A stretch of DNA of 64,000 bases, from the NCBI GenBank assembly GCA_965204725.1, contig OZ242005.1, forward strand, positions 3,968,001 to 4,032,000, given 5' to 3'. Both the position numbers and the translations under genes were made by a program. Positions 37,996 through 47,228 of the stretch are shown in pieces; the stretch's first letter is position 1; every line of letters begins with the position of its first letter. The DNA is from Candidatus Latescibacterota bacterium (lineage in GTDB: Bacteria; Latescibacterota; UBA2968; UBA8231). A model generated the notes under the pieces. It was not told the DNA's origin and made no database searches. It worked only from the letters and a program-made list of their open reading frames with translations.

Positions 37996-39084
37996 ATGGC
38001 CCAACAACGCTTCCAACGCACCGCACCCGGCGACCTGCTCCGCGTGGGAATGATCACCGGCCCCGGCGGCCACACCTACGGCATCTGGGGCGAAAAGATG
38101 AATCCCCCGCCCGGTGCCCTCCGCACGACGGGCATGCTGATGACCCACGCTTGGTGCCTCGACGCGGGGATGCGCCAACGCTTTGCGGAAAAGTATCCCG
38201 AGGTCCATATAGTCGCCGATCCTCGGGACATGATCGGCCAGATCGACGGGATATACATCGACGACATCAACGCGATTTCGCTCTATCCCCTGTTGGCCCG
38301 GCCCTTTCTAGCGGCCGGCATCCCGACCTTTGTCAATCGCCCCTTTGCCACCTCTATGGCCAAGGGACGAGAGATGGTAGAAACGGCCGCTCGGCACGGC
38401 ACGGCCCTGTTGACCGCCTCGACGTGGGAATTTTCCGAGAGCGCGGGCGACTTGCGCGCCAAGGCCGCGGACCTGCCCGACATCAAGGGCTACGTAGCGC
38501 ACAACTCCATGAGCGACTACTACACCCACGGCCTACACGGCGTCTGGTACATCCACTCAATTTTGCGCGACGAGATCGCCAAGGGGCGGGGCCGGCTGCG
38601 CGCCGCAGCGTACCACACCCCCAACTGGCGAGTGCCCGGCGGGATGATCGCCTATGAGCACGAGAGTCCGACGCACCCGTACTACGGGGCACTGCACCAG
38701 AGTTCGGGTGCCGATGGCAACGCTTACATGCGAATCTTCGGCGACCACCGGGGCGACGCCGAGGGGCGAATTCCAGCCCGGGCCGGCTACTTCATGTACA
38801 ACGCTTGGAACGCGCTCCAACTCGGCATTCAGGAAATGTTCGAGACGGGGCAGTCGCCGGAGACGGGCGAGCAACTCTTGGAAAAGCTGCTGATGTTTCT
38901 CCTGCCCTTCTACTCGGCGTTGGAGCGCGGCGGCGCCCTAGTACAGCGGGAGGACTTGGGCGATTGGGAAGTGCCGCCTCCGTCGGCCGTGCTCATGGAA
39001 AACGGCGAGCCGACCGACAGCGCCTTTGCATCGCCCTACACCCAAGCCCAGCTCGAAGAAGCGACGCGGATGCTGGGTGGGTAG
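37996..39084 (+). CDS. Gfo/Idh/MocA-like oxidoreductase (divergent)
   Basis: ARPFLAAGIPTFVNRPFA, YYTHGLH; GGAGG RBS. Confidence 0.65.
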   Translation: MAQQRFQRTAPGDLLRVGMITGPGGHTYGIWGEKMNPPPGALRTTGMLMTHAWCLDAGMRQRFAEKYPEVHIVADPRDMIGQIDGIYIDDINAISLYPLLARPFLAAGIPTFVNRPFATSMAKGREMVETAARHGTALLTASTWEFSESAGDLRAKAADLPDIKGYVAHNSMSDYYTHGLHGVWYIHSILRDEIAKGRGRLRAAAYHTPNWRVPGGMIAYEHESPTHPYYGALHQSSGADGNAYMRIFGDHRGDAEGRIPARAGYFMYNAWNALQLGIQEMFETGQSPETGEQLLEKLLMFLLPFYSALERGGALVQREDLGDWEVPPPSAVLMENGEPTDSAFASPYTQAQLEEATRMLGG

Positions 39085-39116
39085 CGCGGTAATGACGCAG
39101 TTGAAGAATCCGGCCC

Positions 39117-39971
39117 CTAGGGAACGTCTGGATAATTCAACGGCATCCCCGTCTTGCCTAGCTCGTAGTGCGCTATGTGCCAACGCCCCAAGTTGGCGCT
39201 GAGGAAGAGCGACCGATCTGCGCCGCAGAAGGCGATATTGGTCGGGGCCGCCATGGCCGTGCCCTCGTAATCGTCGGCCAAAACGTCAAGTTGGCCATCG
39301 GCATACCGATAGATGCGGTCTGGGCGATAGCAGGAGCAGTAGAGGGTGCCCTCGTCGTCGAAGGCGAGGCCATCGGGGACGGTCTGCGGGAGGTCGAACA
39401 CGGTTTCGGCCGCACCAGCGCGGCCATCGGCCTCGATTTTGATGCGGGCCACGCGGGGTTGAATGCTCATGGCCACATAGAGGTATTCGCCGGTTGCATC
39501 TAGTGCCGTGCCGTTGGGGAACTCGGGTAGGGCGCGGCTCCACACCTCGCCGACACCGCCCGGGGCGATTTTGCAAATCCAACCGTCGTTTTTGTGCCAG
39601 CCGCCAGAATTGGACACATAGAGGTTGCCAGCCGCGTCAAAAACCGGGTAGTTGGCCCCGGCCAGCGGCACCTCGCCGGCGCGGTCGCAATACGTGCTGA
39701 CCGCGCCATCCGGCTCGACGCGCTTGACGCCGCCGCTACACACGTACAGGCGGTGCTGAGCATCCTGACAGATGCCGCCGACAAAGCCGCCGACTTGAGT
39801 GAACTCCTCGAACTCGCGCCGGGTCAAGTCAATGCGGTAGATCTGGCCCGCTTCGCCGCCGGCATAGGCATAGCCATCGCAGCCCCAAGCAATGCACTCG
39901 GGGTGGTCAAGGCCGCTGCCAAAGTCGCCGATAATCGCTGAAATTTGGGTGTGAGTATCAAGAAGAGCCAT
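39117..39971 (-). CDS. SMP-30/gluconolactonase family protein
   Basis: DHPEC, ANYPVFD, FPNG, VPDGLAFD, PTNIAF. Confidence 0.9.
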   Translation of the reverse strand: MALLDTHTQISAIIGDFGSGLDHPECIAWGCDGYAYAGGEAGQIYRIDLTRREFEEFTQVGGFVGGICQDAQHRLYVCSGGVKRVEPDGAVSTYCDRAGEVPLAGANYPVFDAAGNLYVSNSGGWHKNDGWICKIAPGGVGEVWSRALPEFPNGTALDATGEYLYVAMSIQPRVARIKIEADGRAGAAETVFDLPQTVPDGLAFDDEGTLYCSCYRPDRIYRYADGQLDVLADDYEGTAMAAPTNIAFCGADRSLFLSANLGRWHIAHYELGKTGMPLNYPDVP

Positions 39972-40105
39972 GCAATTTGCTAACCTCCTTTATCATTTTG
40001 CATGGATAATAGCCGAATTGGGACAAAATTTCAAGTAGGGCCGCTGCTGTCTTCTTTTTATATTGAGACGCACCCCAACGGCTTCGCCGCGGTACAAATG
40101 TCTCC

Positions 40106-41533
40106 ATGAAAATCCGCTCCTCCAGCCCGGCACGTCTTTTGCCCTGTCTCCTAATCAGCCTCGTCACAGGCTGCAACGCATCGTCCGCGCCCATGGACCA
40201 CTCAGACCGCATCCAGCCCTATGCCGCCAATCCGCGCTACTGGCAGTACAAAGGCCAGCCCGTGCTCTTGCTAGGCGGAACGATCAAAGACTGCCTATTC
40301 CAAATACCCGATCTCAAAGCTCATCTCGACCTCCTGCAATCGGTCGGCGGCAACTACGTGCGCAATACCATGAGCGACCGCCGCTTCTACGGCTATGAGA
40401 TCAAAGCCTTTCACCAAGCGGCCGACGGCCTGTACGACCTCGGTCGCTGGAACCCGGCTTATTGGCAGCGCTTGGCCGATTTTTTGCGCTGGACCGCCGA
40501 GCGCGACATCATCGTCCAACTAGAGATGTGGGACCGCTTTGACCACAGCCGCGAGTATTGGCAAGAAGACCCCTTCAATCCGGCCAACAACATCAACTAC
40601 ACGGTCGAGGAATCGGGCCTAAAAACGGCCTATCCCGCCCATCCGGGCGGCAACGAGCAGCCTTTTTTCTACACGGTGCCCACCCTGCGCGACAACCAAG
40701 TCGTGCTGCCCTACCAACGGGCCTTTGTCGATCAAGTCCTCGCGCATACCCTCGCCTACGACCACGTGCTCTACTGCATGAACAACGAAACCAGCGGCGA
40801 CCCTAAGTGGAGCATCTATTGGAACGACTATATCAAGGAGCGGGCGCAACGAGCGGGTAAGCGCGTTGAAACCACCGAAATGTGGGACGAGTGGGACGTG
40901 CGGGGGCAAACGCATCGCGCGACCTTCGACCACCCAGCGCGCTATTCTTTTATCGACATTTCGCAGAATAGCTGGCAGCGCGAGCAGACCAATTGGGACC
41001 ACGCGCAGTGGGTGTGGCAGTACATCGCCGCCCAGACGCGGCCGATCAATTCGACCAAAATTTACGGTGCCCAGACGCACCGGGACCACGCCCGCGGCAT
41101 AGACGCCCGCCACGCCACCGAGTGCTTTTGGCGCAACCTCATCGGCGGCTTCGCTTCCAGCCGTTTTCACCGGCCAGCCTCCGGCCTAGGGCTAGGCCCG
41201 CAAGCCCAAGCTCACATTCGCAGCGGGCGGCTGCTCGCCGACAGCTTCGATTTTTTTAACGCCGAGCCGGATTCCGACAGCACCCTGCTGCACAACCGCG
41301 CTGCCAACGAGGCGTATCTCAGCCGCGTCCCCGGCCGCCAGTACGCGCTCTATTTTACCGACAGCGGCACGGTGGGGCTCGACCTGACGGGGGCAACAGG
41401 CACCTTTGCGGTCCAATGGCTCGACGTTGCGGCCAGCACTTGGGCATCCGCGGCCGACATCGACAGCGGCCCCATCGTCCAACTCGCTCCTCCACACGGC
41501 GGCCCCGCGGTCGCCCTGCTGACGCAACGGTAG
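40106..41533 (+). CDS. Secreted/lipoprotein glycoside hydrolase-like TIM-barrel protein with C-terminal beta domain
   Basis: Lipobox LVTGC; NPRYWQYKGQPVLLLG, YDLGRWNPAYWQRL, MNNET. Confidence 0.65.
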   Translation: MKIRSSSPARLLPCLLISLVTGCNASSAPMDHSDRIQPYAANPRYWQYKGQPVLLLGGTIKDCLFQIPDLKAHLDLLQSVGGNYVRNTMSDRRFYGYEIKAFHQAADGLYDLGRWNPAYWQRLADFLRWTAERDIIVQLEMWDRFDHSREYWQEDPFNPANNINYTVEESGLKTAYPAHPGGNEQPFFYTVPTLRDNQVVLPYQRAFVDQVLAHTLAYDHVLYCMNNETSGDPKWSIYWNDYIKERAQRAGKRVETTEMWDEWDVRGQTHRATFDHPARYSFIDISQNSWQREQTNWDHAQWVWQYIAAQTRPINSTKIYGAQTHRDHARGIDARHATECFWRNLIGGFASSRFHRPASGLGLGPQAQAHIRSGRLLADSFDFFNAEPDSDSTLLHNRAANEAYLSRVPGRQYALYFTDSGTVGLDLTGATGTFAVQWLDVAASTWASAADIDSGPIVQLAPPHGGPAVALLTQR

Positions 41534-41570
41534 CATTGGAGTTTACTACACGACACCAGCCCTCGGCCTT

Positions 41571-41625
41571 CCCGGGATCGAGGGCATCTTGCCCTCGTCG
41601 AGGGCGGGACGCCCTCGATCCCAGG
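41571..41625. repeat. REP-like double hairpin
   Basis: GGGATCGAGGGCATCTTGCCCTCG / CGAGGGCGGGACGCCCTCGATCCC; inverse of the 29585 copy. Confidence 0.7.
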
Positions 41626-41690
41626 CGCAACGGCAACACCAGAAAAGGCCGACTCAAAGCAAGGGTCGCGTACTTAGGCATTGGAGCACC

Positions 41691-42611
41691 ATGAACGATA
41701 GCAACCGCGTCTTCTTCGGGCAGACCGATCTACAGGTCTCGCGTTTGTGCCAAGGCACCGCCTTCCGGCACCTGCCCCGCGCCGACAGCCCCCAGTCCCT
41801 AGCCGTGCTCCACCACTGCTTGGACCGCGGCATCAACTTTTTCGACACCGCTCAGGCCTACGGTTGGGGCGGGGCCGAGGAGGTGCTGGGGCGGGCGGTC
41901 GCAGGTCGGCGCGACGAGGTCGTCATTTGCACCAAGGTTCCGGCGTCGCTGGCCACTGGAAAGCGCGTCCGCTACACCCGTGCTCATCTCACCGCTCGCC
42001 TCGAAGAAAGCCTTCGTCGCCTACGCACTTCCTACGTCGATCTCTACCTTTTGCACTACCGCGACGAGGATACGCCGCCGGAGGCCATCGCCGAGGTCAT
42101 GGAGGACTTGGTGCAGGCGGGCAAGGCCCGCTATTGGGGCGTCTCCAACCATCGCGCCGCCGAAGTCGAAGCCTTTCTAGCCCGAGCCCCCATCGCGGGT
42201 GTCGAGGACTACTACAATATCGCCGGCAGCCACTGCGACGGAGCGGGGCGTTCGCGAGTGGCGATTTACGAGGCGGAAATGCTGCCGCTGCTGCGGCGCA
42301 CCGGCCTAGGGTGCCTAGCCTTCAGCCCGCTGGACACCGGCCTCCTAGCCCGCCCCGACACCCCAGCCCTCGCCGCTTTGGTCGCCGCCATCGACCAAGT
42401 CGCCGCCAACTTGGGCACCTCCCGCGCGGCCGTCTGCGTCGCTTGGGTCCTGCATCAGGGCCTTACCTGTGTGCTCGCTGGGGCCGAGAGCACCGCGCAC
42501 GTCAACGCCAATCTCCAAGGGACTGACCTCCAGCTTCCCGCGGACGCCCTCGCCGCCCTCAACCAAGCGCGTCAGACCTACCGCGCCAGCCAACCGGAGC
42601 AACGCCCGTGA
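41691..42611 (+). CDS. Aldo/keto reductase
   Basis: GINFFDTAQAYG, ICTK, DLYLLH, GVSN. Confidence 0.9.
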   Translation: MNDSNRVFFGQTDLQVSRLCQGTAFRHLPRADSPQSLAVLHHCLDRGINFFDTAQAYGWGGAEEVLGRAVAGRRDEVVICTKVPASLATGKRVRYTRAHLTARLEESLRRLRTSYVDLYLLHYRDEDTPPEAIAEVMEDLVQAGKARYWGVSNHRAAEVEAFLARAPIAGVEDYYNIAGSHCDGAGRSRVAIYEAEMLPLLRRTGLGCLAFSPLDTGLLARPDTPALAALVAAIDQVAANLGTSRAAVCVAWVLHQGLTCVLAGAESTAHVNANLQGTDLQLPADALAALNQARQTYRASQPEQRP

Positions 42612-43489
42612 ACATCGTCGATGCCCATATCCACGTCTGGTCCTCCGACTTCGACCGGTATCCACTGGCCCCCGGCTTTGCGCCCGCGGACCTGTGGCTG
42701 CCCTCCTTTACGCCGGCCGATCACTTTGCGTATAGCCGCAAGGTCGGCAAGGTCCGCCTCAACCTCGTGCAGATGACTTGGTACGGGCTCGACCACCGCT
42801 ACATCCTCGACCTAATCGCCTCTGATCCTGCGACCTACGCAGGCACCGGCATTGTCCCGGGGGTCTCCGACGTGTCGCTGGCCGATCCGGGCAAGACCAT
42901 GCTCGCCTTGGCCGAAGGAGGCATTCGCGCCTTTCGCGTCCGCGGCGGCAAGACCGGGCGTCCGACCGCCTTTGGCCGGTTGGACCGCTGGCTCGACTAT
43001 CCGGGCTACGAGTCGATGTTCCGCACCGGGGCCGAGCACAATTTGGCCCTCAGCTTCCTCATGGGCCTCGCGGATCTGCCCGGGCTGATCCGCCTCTGCC
43101 GCCGCTTCCCGGAGACCCCGGTCATCCTCGACCATCTCTGCGGAGTTCGCCTCCGCGATGGCATTTGGCCCGAAGACGACATCAGCACTCTCTGCTCCAT
43201 GGCTCGCTACCCGCGCGTCATGGTCAAACTCGGTCCGTTCCAAGCCCTCGGCGACGGCGAGGCCCCCTATCTAGACCTCCTGCCCCTCATCAAGCGCGTC
43301 GTCGATGCCTTTGGCCCTGAGCGCGTTATGTGGGAAAGCGACAGCGGCGGCCCCGTCCGTATGAAAAACCCCGCAACCGACTTTGCTGCGGCGGTCGCCC
43401 TGATCCGCGACCACGCCGATTTTCTCAGCCCACGCGACAAGGAATACATCCTCGGCAAGACGGCCGAGGACTTCTTCTTTAACCACTAG
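42608..43489 (+). CDS. Amidohydrolase (Amidohydro_2)
   Basis: DAHIH, ILDH, FGPERVMWESD. Confidence 0.88.
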   Translation: MNIVDAHIHVWSSDFDRYPLAPGFAPADLWLPSFTPADHFAYSRKVGKVRLNLVQMTWYGLDHRYILDLIASDPATYAGTGIVPGVSDVSLADPGKTMLALAEGGIRAFRVRGGKTGRPTAFGRLDRWLDYPGYESMFRTGAEHNLALSFLMGLADLPGLIRLCRRFPETPVILDHLCGVRLRDGIWPEDDISTLCSMARYPRVMVKLGPFQALGDGEAPYLDLLPLIKRVVDAFGPERVMWESDSGGPVRMKNPATDFAAAVALIRDHADFLSPRDKEYILGKTAEDFFFNH

Positions 43490-43508
43490 GAAATCGCGCC
43501 TCCTACCC

Positions 43509-44342
43509 ATGCTGCTAATTTTCGTATCGGCATTTTTAATAAGCACCGTCCACGCGGCCACGAGACCCAAAGTGGAAGTGTCCTTTGCCAATTACGGACG
43601 GGCGCTGGTGGAGTATCAGGGTGAGCAGCCGGGCTACTATTGGAATTATCACGCTGTCGGATTGGTTTCCTTCCAATGGCGGCTATCCCATCAATGGCAG
43701 GGCCGCCGCGACACGCTCGCGCTGGCCTTCTTGGGAAAGCGCATTGGCTTTGACGAAGAAGGGAGTAGGTTTTTTCAGTCGGGACATCGCATCGCCTTGT
43801 TTCCAGGGCACTTTGAATTGGGTTGGACGCGCCGGTGGGGCCGCTCCTTTCAGACCCGACTGCTCCTGATGCCAGCCATTACCGCCGAGGATAGTGCCCG
43901 CAAGAATCGCTATACGGCTTGGGGGGAACTGTTGGTTCAGCACAAAGGACTCGGCTTAGGAGCAGGACGCCTTGAGGTATCGGGGCGGTTGCGTTGGTGG
44001 CCGCTTCTTTTTTTGCGCCAGCAATGGCACGGTATCCGCGTTGAAGGTCTCATCCCGCGCTATCTGGATATACAAAAGGGACTGCTTGCGCTAAGGGCGC
44101 GTCTTGAGGGAGCGACTTATCTGATGCGACCAGACCTTGAGGAGGAGTTTCTAACGCTCTACTTCTCCCAATTGGATTTGGGGGTGGCCCTCGTTGCGTC
44201 GGAAGGACCCCTGGCGATTGACCTTGAGGTCGGGCGGACCATACAGCGCCGATTTGAAGTAGAGCAGTGCCGGTTTGAAGTAGAGTGCTATCGGGGTATC
44301 GACGACGGGTGGTACATTCGCACCAACCTGAAAGGAGAATAG
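43509..44342 (+). CDS. Putative outer-membrane beta-barrel protein (DUF6268-like)
   Basis: Signal peptide, alternating amphipathic strands, WPLL motif. Confidence 0.5.
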   Translation: MLLIFVSAFLISTVHAATRPKVEVSFANYGRALVEYQGEQPGYYWNYHAVGLVSFQWRLSHQWQGRRDTLALAFLGKRIGFDEEGSRFFQSGHRIALFPGHFELGWTRRWGRSFQTRLLLMPAITAEDSARKNRYTAWGELLVQHKGLGLGAGRLEVSGRLRWWPLLFLRQQWHGIRVEGLIPRYLDIQKGLLALRARLEGATYLMRPDLEEEFLTLYFSQLDLGVALVASEGPLAIDLEVGRTIQRRFEVEQCRFEVECYRGIDDGWYIRTNLKGE

Positions 44343-44457
44343 ACCCGTCTGTGCAGACTGCGTGGTATAGAAACTGTTCTTGTCAAAGGGGACTTTTTTA
44401 CTAGATTACCCCCGTACTCAATCAATCTTCTCCATCGTCCTCAAAGGAGTCTCAATC

Positions 44458-45264
44458 GTGAAAATCGGCCTCTACGCCTCCATGTTCGGCAAAGACGATC
44501 CACCCACCCTGCAAAGCATCGAAAGTTACATCGACCACGCCTACGACCTCCGTCTCGACTTGATCGACTTCCGCCGCGACCGCGGCTTTAGCTCCGAAGA
44601 CGCTTCCTACCTCATCAAGACCAAGCTGGCCTGCATTGAAAAGGGGCTTGCCATCGGCTACTTGGCGTCCGGGGGGCACTTTGTCGGCAGCGACGAGGAC
44701 CTGCGCGCCAAGGTCGCCACCGCCAAGGCCGACATGGACATCGCGCTGATTTTGGGCGCGCCCATGATCCGCCTGTTCTGCGGCCAACCCCTCACCGACC
44801 CGCAGGAGCGCGCCCGCGAAATTCGCTGTTTCCAAGAAGTGGCCGACTACGGCCTCGAAATAGGCATCGCCATCGGCTTGCAGAACCATCCTTCCACTGG
44901 CGACGACGTCCTACGCATCATTGAGGGAACCGACCGGCCCAACTTTAGCTTTCTGCTCGACACCGGCCAGTGGTGTGGCTCGCCGGCCCGCAACCGCGGC
45001 ATTCCCGACCCAGATCACGACATCTACGCTTACATGCAGCAGACCGCCCACCTAGCCACCCACGTCCGCGCCAAGTTCTACAAGATCGACAGCGGCAAGG
45101 AGGAGTGGATCGACTACGAGCGCATCGTCCCCATCCTCGCCGAGGCTGGGTACAACGGCCCGCTCTCCGTCGTCTTTGAGGGCCAAGCCATCAACGATTG
45201 CGACGACAAAGAGGTCATGCGCTTGGCAGCCGCACACCTGCGGGATGTGACGGCTCGGCTCTAA
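44458..45264 (+). CDS. Sugar phosphate isomerase/epimerase (xylose isomerase-like TIM barrel)
   Basis: GTG 44458 with AAGGAG; LQNH, LDTG, HVRAK, SVVFEG. Confidence 0.85.
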   Translation: MKIGLYASMFGKDDPPTLQSIESYIDHAYDLRLDLIDFRRDRGFSSEDASYLIKTKLACIEKGLAIGYLASGGHFVGSDEDLRAKVATAKADMDIALILGAPMIRLFCGQPLTDPQERAREIRCFQEVADYGLEIGIAIGLQNHPSTGDDVLRIIEGTDRPNFSFLLDTGQWCGSPARNRGIPDPDHDIYAYMQQTAHLATHVRAKFYKIDSGKEEWIDYERIVPILAEAGYNGPLSVVFEGQAINDCDDKEVMRLAAAHLRDVTARL

Positions 45265-45404
45265 ATCGTCTAGCCGTCCCAAGAGCGCAATCTCTAGACG
45301 GTTCGCCCCCTGCTGAGGCCGCATCCGCTGCAAGTCGAAGTGTGTCCCCTGTTTCCGTTTACTAGTTGAATCCGAGCAACTTTGGGATGTCGTCAGGCAG
45401 GAGC

Positions 45405-46286
45405 TCACTCCGCGGCTAACCCCTCGTGAGCGTAGTGCCAGTCCTCCAAGTGGTTGAGCAACACGCCTGAGGTCCAAGTCGGGGGACGCTGCAAGGTGGC
45501 GTGTATTTCGGCCTGCTTGGCGGCGATGTGATCGCGCTCAAGCAGACGCTGGTTGAAGGCCGCCACTGCCTCTTGCTCGATAGTGCCTTTCCGGCGCACC
45601 CAGCCCTCAAATGCGAGATAGGTCGGCATCTCCGTGCGGAGAAACCCAAGGGCCGCATCTTGATCCACCTGCAAGGTCTGCAAACAGCGCTGGTCGAGGC
45701 TGCCCTCGGCGCAGTCGGGGTAGTCGAGATGCAGCAGGCCCTTAGCGCGCAGGCAGGTCTTGAGCCAAGTACGGGGAAGCTGACAGATGCCCAAAGGGCC
45801 TCGGTCAATGCTGCTGAGGGTTGGAGCCACAGGCTTGGACAGGCCCGGAGCATCAGGCGCGAAGACGCGGCCATGGAAAAGAGACCAGTCCTGTAGGCAG
45901 TTGAGCAACACGGCCGATACTTCGGTCGTCTCCTCCAGCGACCAGCCTATATCTCTATAGGTCTCGTCGATTTTGGCCGGGATATAGTGAGTGCGCTGCA
46001 CCAGCGACTTATTCCAGCGCACGATGCGGGGGGCCTCGTAGGAGCCTTCGGCGGCTACCCACTCCTCGAATTGTAGATAGGTAGGCCGCTGGTCCCCCAA
46101 AAAGCGCAAGGCACGGTCTGGGTCGAGACGCAGCACTCCCAGCACGTATTGGTCGAGACCGCTACTGCAAAAGGGGTAGTCCCCGTCGAGTTGCCCGGCC
46201 TGGTGGAGGCGGTTCTTCCACCACAGACGCGGTAGCTGGGCCACGCCTAGCGGGCCTTGACAGAGGGTGCTGACCAATGGGATCAC
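45405..46286 (-). CDS. Protein of two tandem DUF5069-like domains
   Basis: GPLGVAQLPRLWWK...DYPFC / GPLGICQLPRTWLK...DYPDC internal duplication. Confidence 0.65.
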   Translation of the reverse strand: MIPLVSTLCQGPLGVAQLPRLWWKNRLHQAGQLDGDYPFCSSGLDQYVLGVLRLDPDRALRFLGDQRPTYLQFEEWVAAEGSYEAPRIVRWNKSLVQRTHYIPAKIDETYRDIGWSLEETTEVSAVLLNCLQDWSLFHGRVFAPDAPGLSKPVAPTLSSIDRGPLGICQLPRTWLKTCLRAKGLLHLDYPDCAEGSLDQRCLQTLQVDQDAALGFLRTEMPTYLAFEGWVRRKGTIEQEAVAAFNQRLLERDHIAAKQAEIHATLQRPPTWTSGVLLNHLEDWHYAHEGLAAE

Positions 46287-46298
46287 GGGTTGCTCCTT

Positions 46299-47153
46299 TC
46301 AGGTGGCCGCCAACTCAAACAGCGGCGCGTTCCCCTCGGCACGGCCCCGCAAGTCCTCCACTTCGGCGACCGTGAGCGGCGCGAGGCGGTCGGCCATGTC
46401 CAAGGCCATTTCAAAGAGAGGGGCCTCGCCGGGCGGCAGGGCGGCAGTGATGGGTTGCGATAGGGCGAAGCGCAGAGCCAGTTCGGCTAGTTCTGGCTCG
46501 TCAATGGGATCGTACCAGCATTTGGCGTAGCGTTTCGCTGCCCCTTGGGGCAGGCGCGAGCGGGCCATGGCTTTGAGCGCTAGACAGGCGACGCCGCGCT
46601 CTTGGGCCTTGGCCACGACTTGGGGGCCGAAGTCGGCTTGGAAGTAATTGACCCAGTTGACGGGGAAGAGCACCGAGTCAAAGGGGAAATAATCCAGCAG
46701 TTGCAGGGCGATTTCAGCCGAGTGTGCTGAAAAACCTATATAGCGCACCAAGCCTTGGTCGCGGGCCTCCACAAACGCGGCCAAGGCGCCGTCGGGGCCA
46801 GTCGCCGCGGCAAAATCTTCGGCTGTCGTCATGGCGTGCAACTGGTATAGGTCGAAGTGGTCGGTGCGCAAGGTTTTGAGGGATTGGCGCAACTCGGCCG
46901 CAGCCCCGGCTCGCGTGCGCTCGGTAGTCTTGCAGGCGAGGAATACATCGCGGCGATATGGCTCCAAGGCCGGTCCCAGCCGCTCCTCGGCGTTGCCGTA
47001 GCTCGGGGCCACGTCAAAGTAATTGACGCCGCGCTCAACGGCCCGCCGCACCAAGCGAGCGGCCTCGGCCGCTTCCACTTGGCTGACGACGATGCCGCCA
47101 AAGCCGATTGCGGAAAGGTGTTCACCCGTGGTGCCGTAGGGACGTCGCTGCAT
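46299..47153 (-). CDS. Aldo/keto reductase
   Basis: GVNYFDVAPSYG, ACKT, DLYQLH, IGFSAH. Confidence 0.92.
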   Translation of the reverse strand: MQRRPYGTTGEHLSAIGFGGIVVSQVEAAEAARLVRRAVERGVNYFDVAPSYGNAEERLGPALEPYRRDVFLACKTTERTRAGAAAELRQSLKTLRTDHFDLYQLHAMTTAEDFAAATGPDGALAAFVEARDQGLVRYIGFSAHSAEIALQLLDYFPFDSVLFPVNWVNYFQADFGPQVVAKAQERGVACLALKAMARSRLPQGAAKRYAKCWYDPIDEPELAELALRFALSQPITAALPPGEAPLFEMALDMADRLAPLTVAEVEDLRGRAEGNAPLFELAAT

Positions 47154-47228
47154 GGATATTCTCCTTTTCCAATGGTCGCAATGAGCGCGACAAGGTTTTA
47201 CGTATTGTAGGTAATGAGCACGACCCCT

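Noticed and set aside
44248-44285. 21-bp-period tandem duplication (RFEVEQC/RFEVEC)
   Set aside because: Small in-frame duplication with only two units and no sign of function
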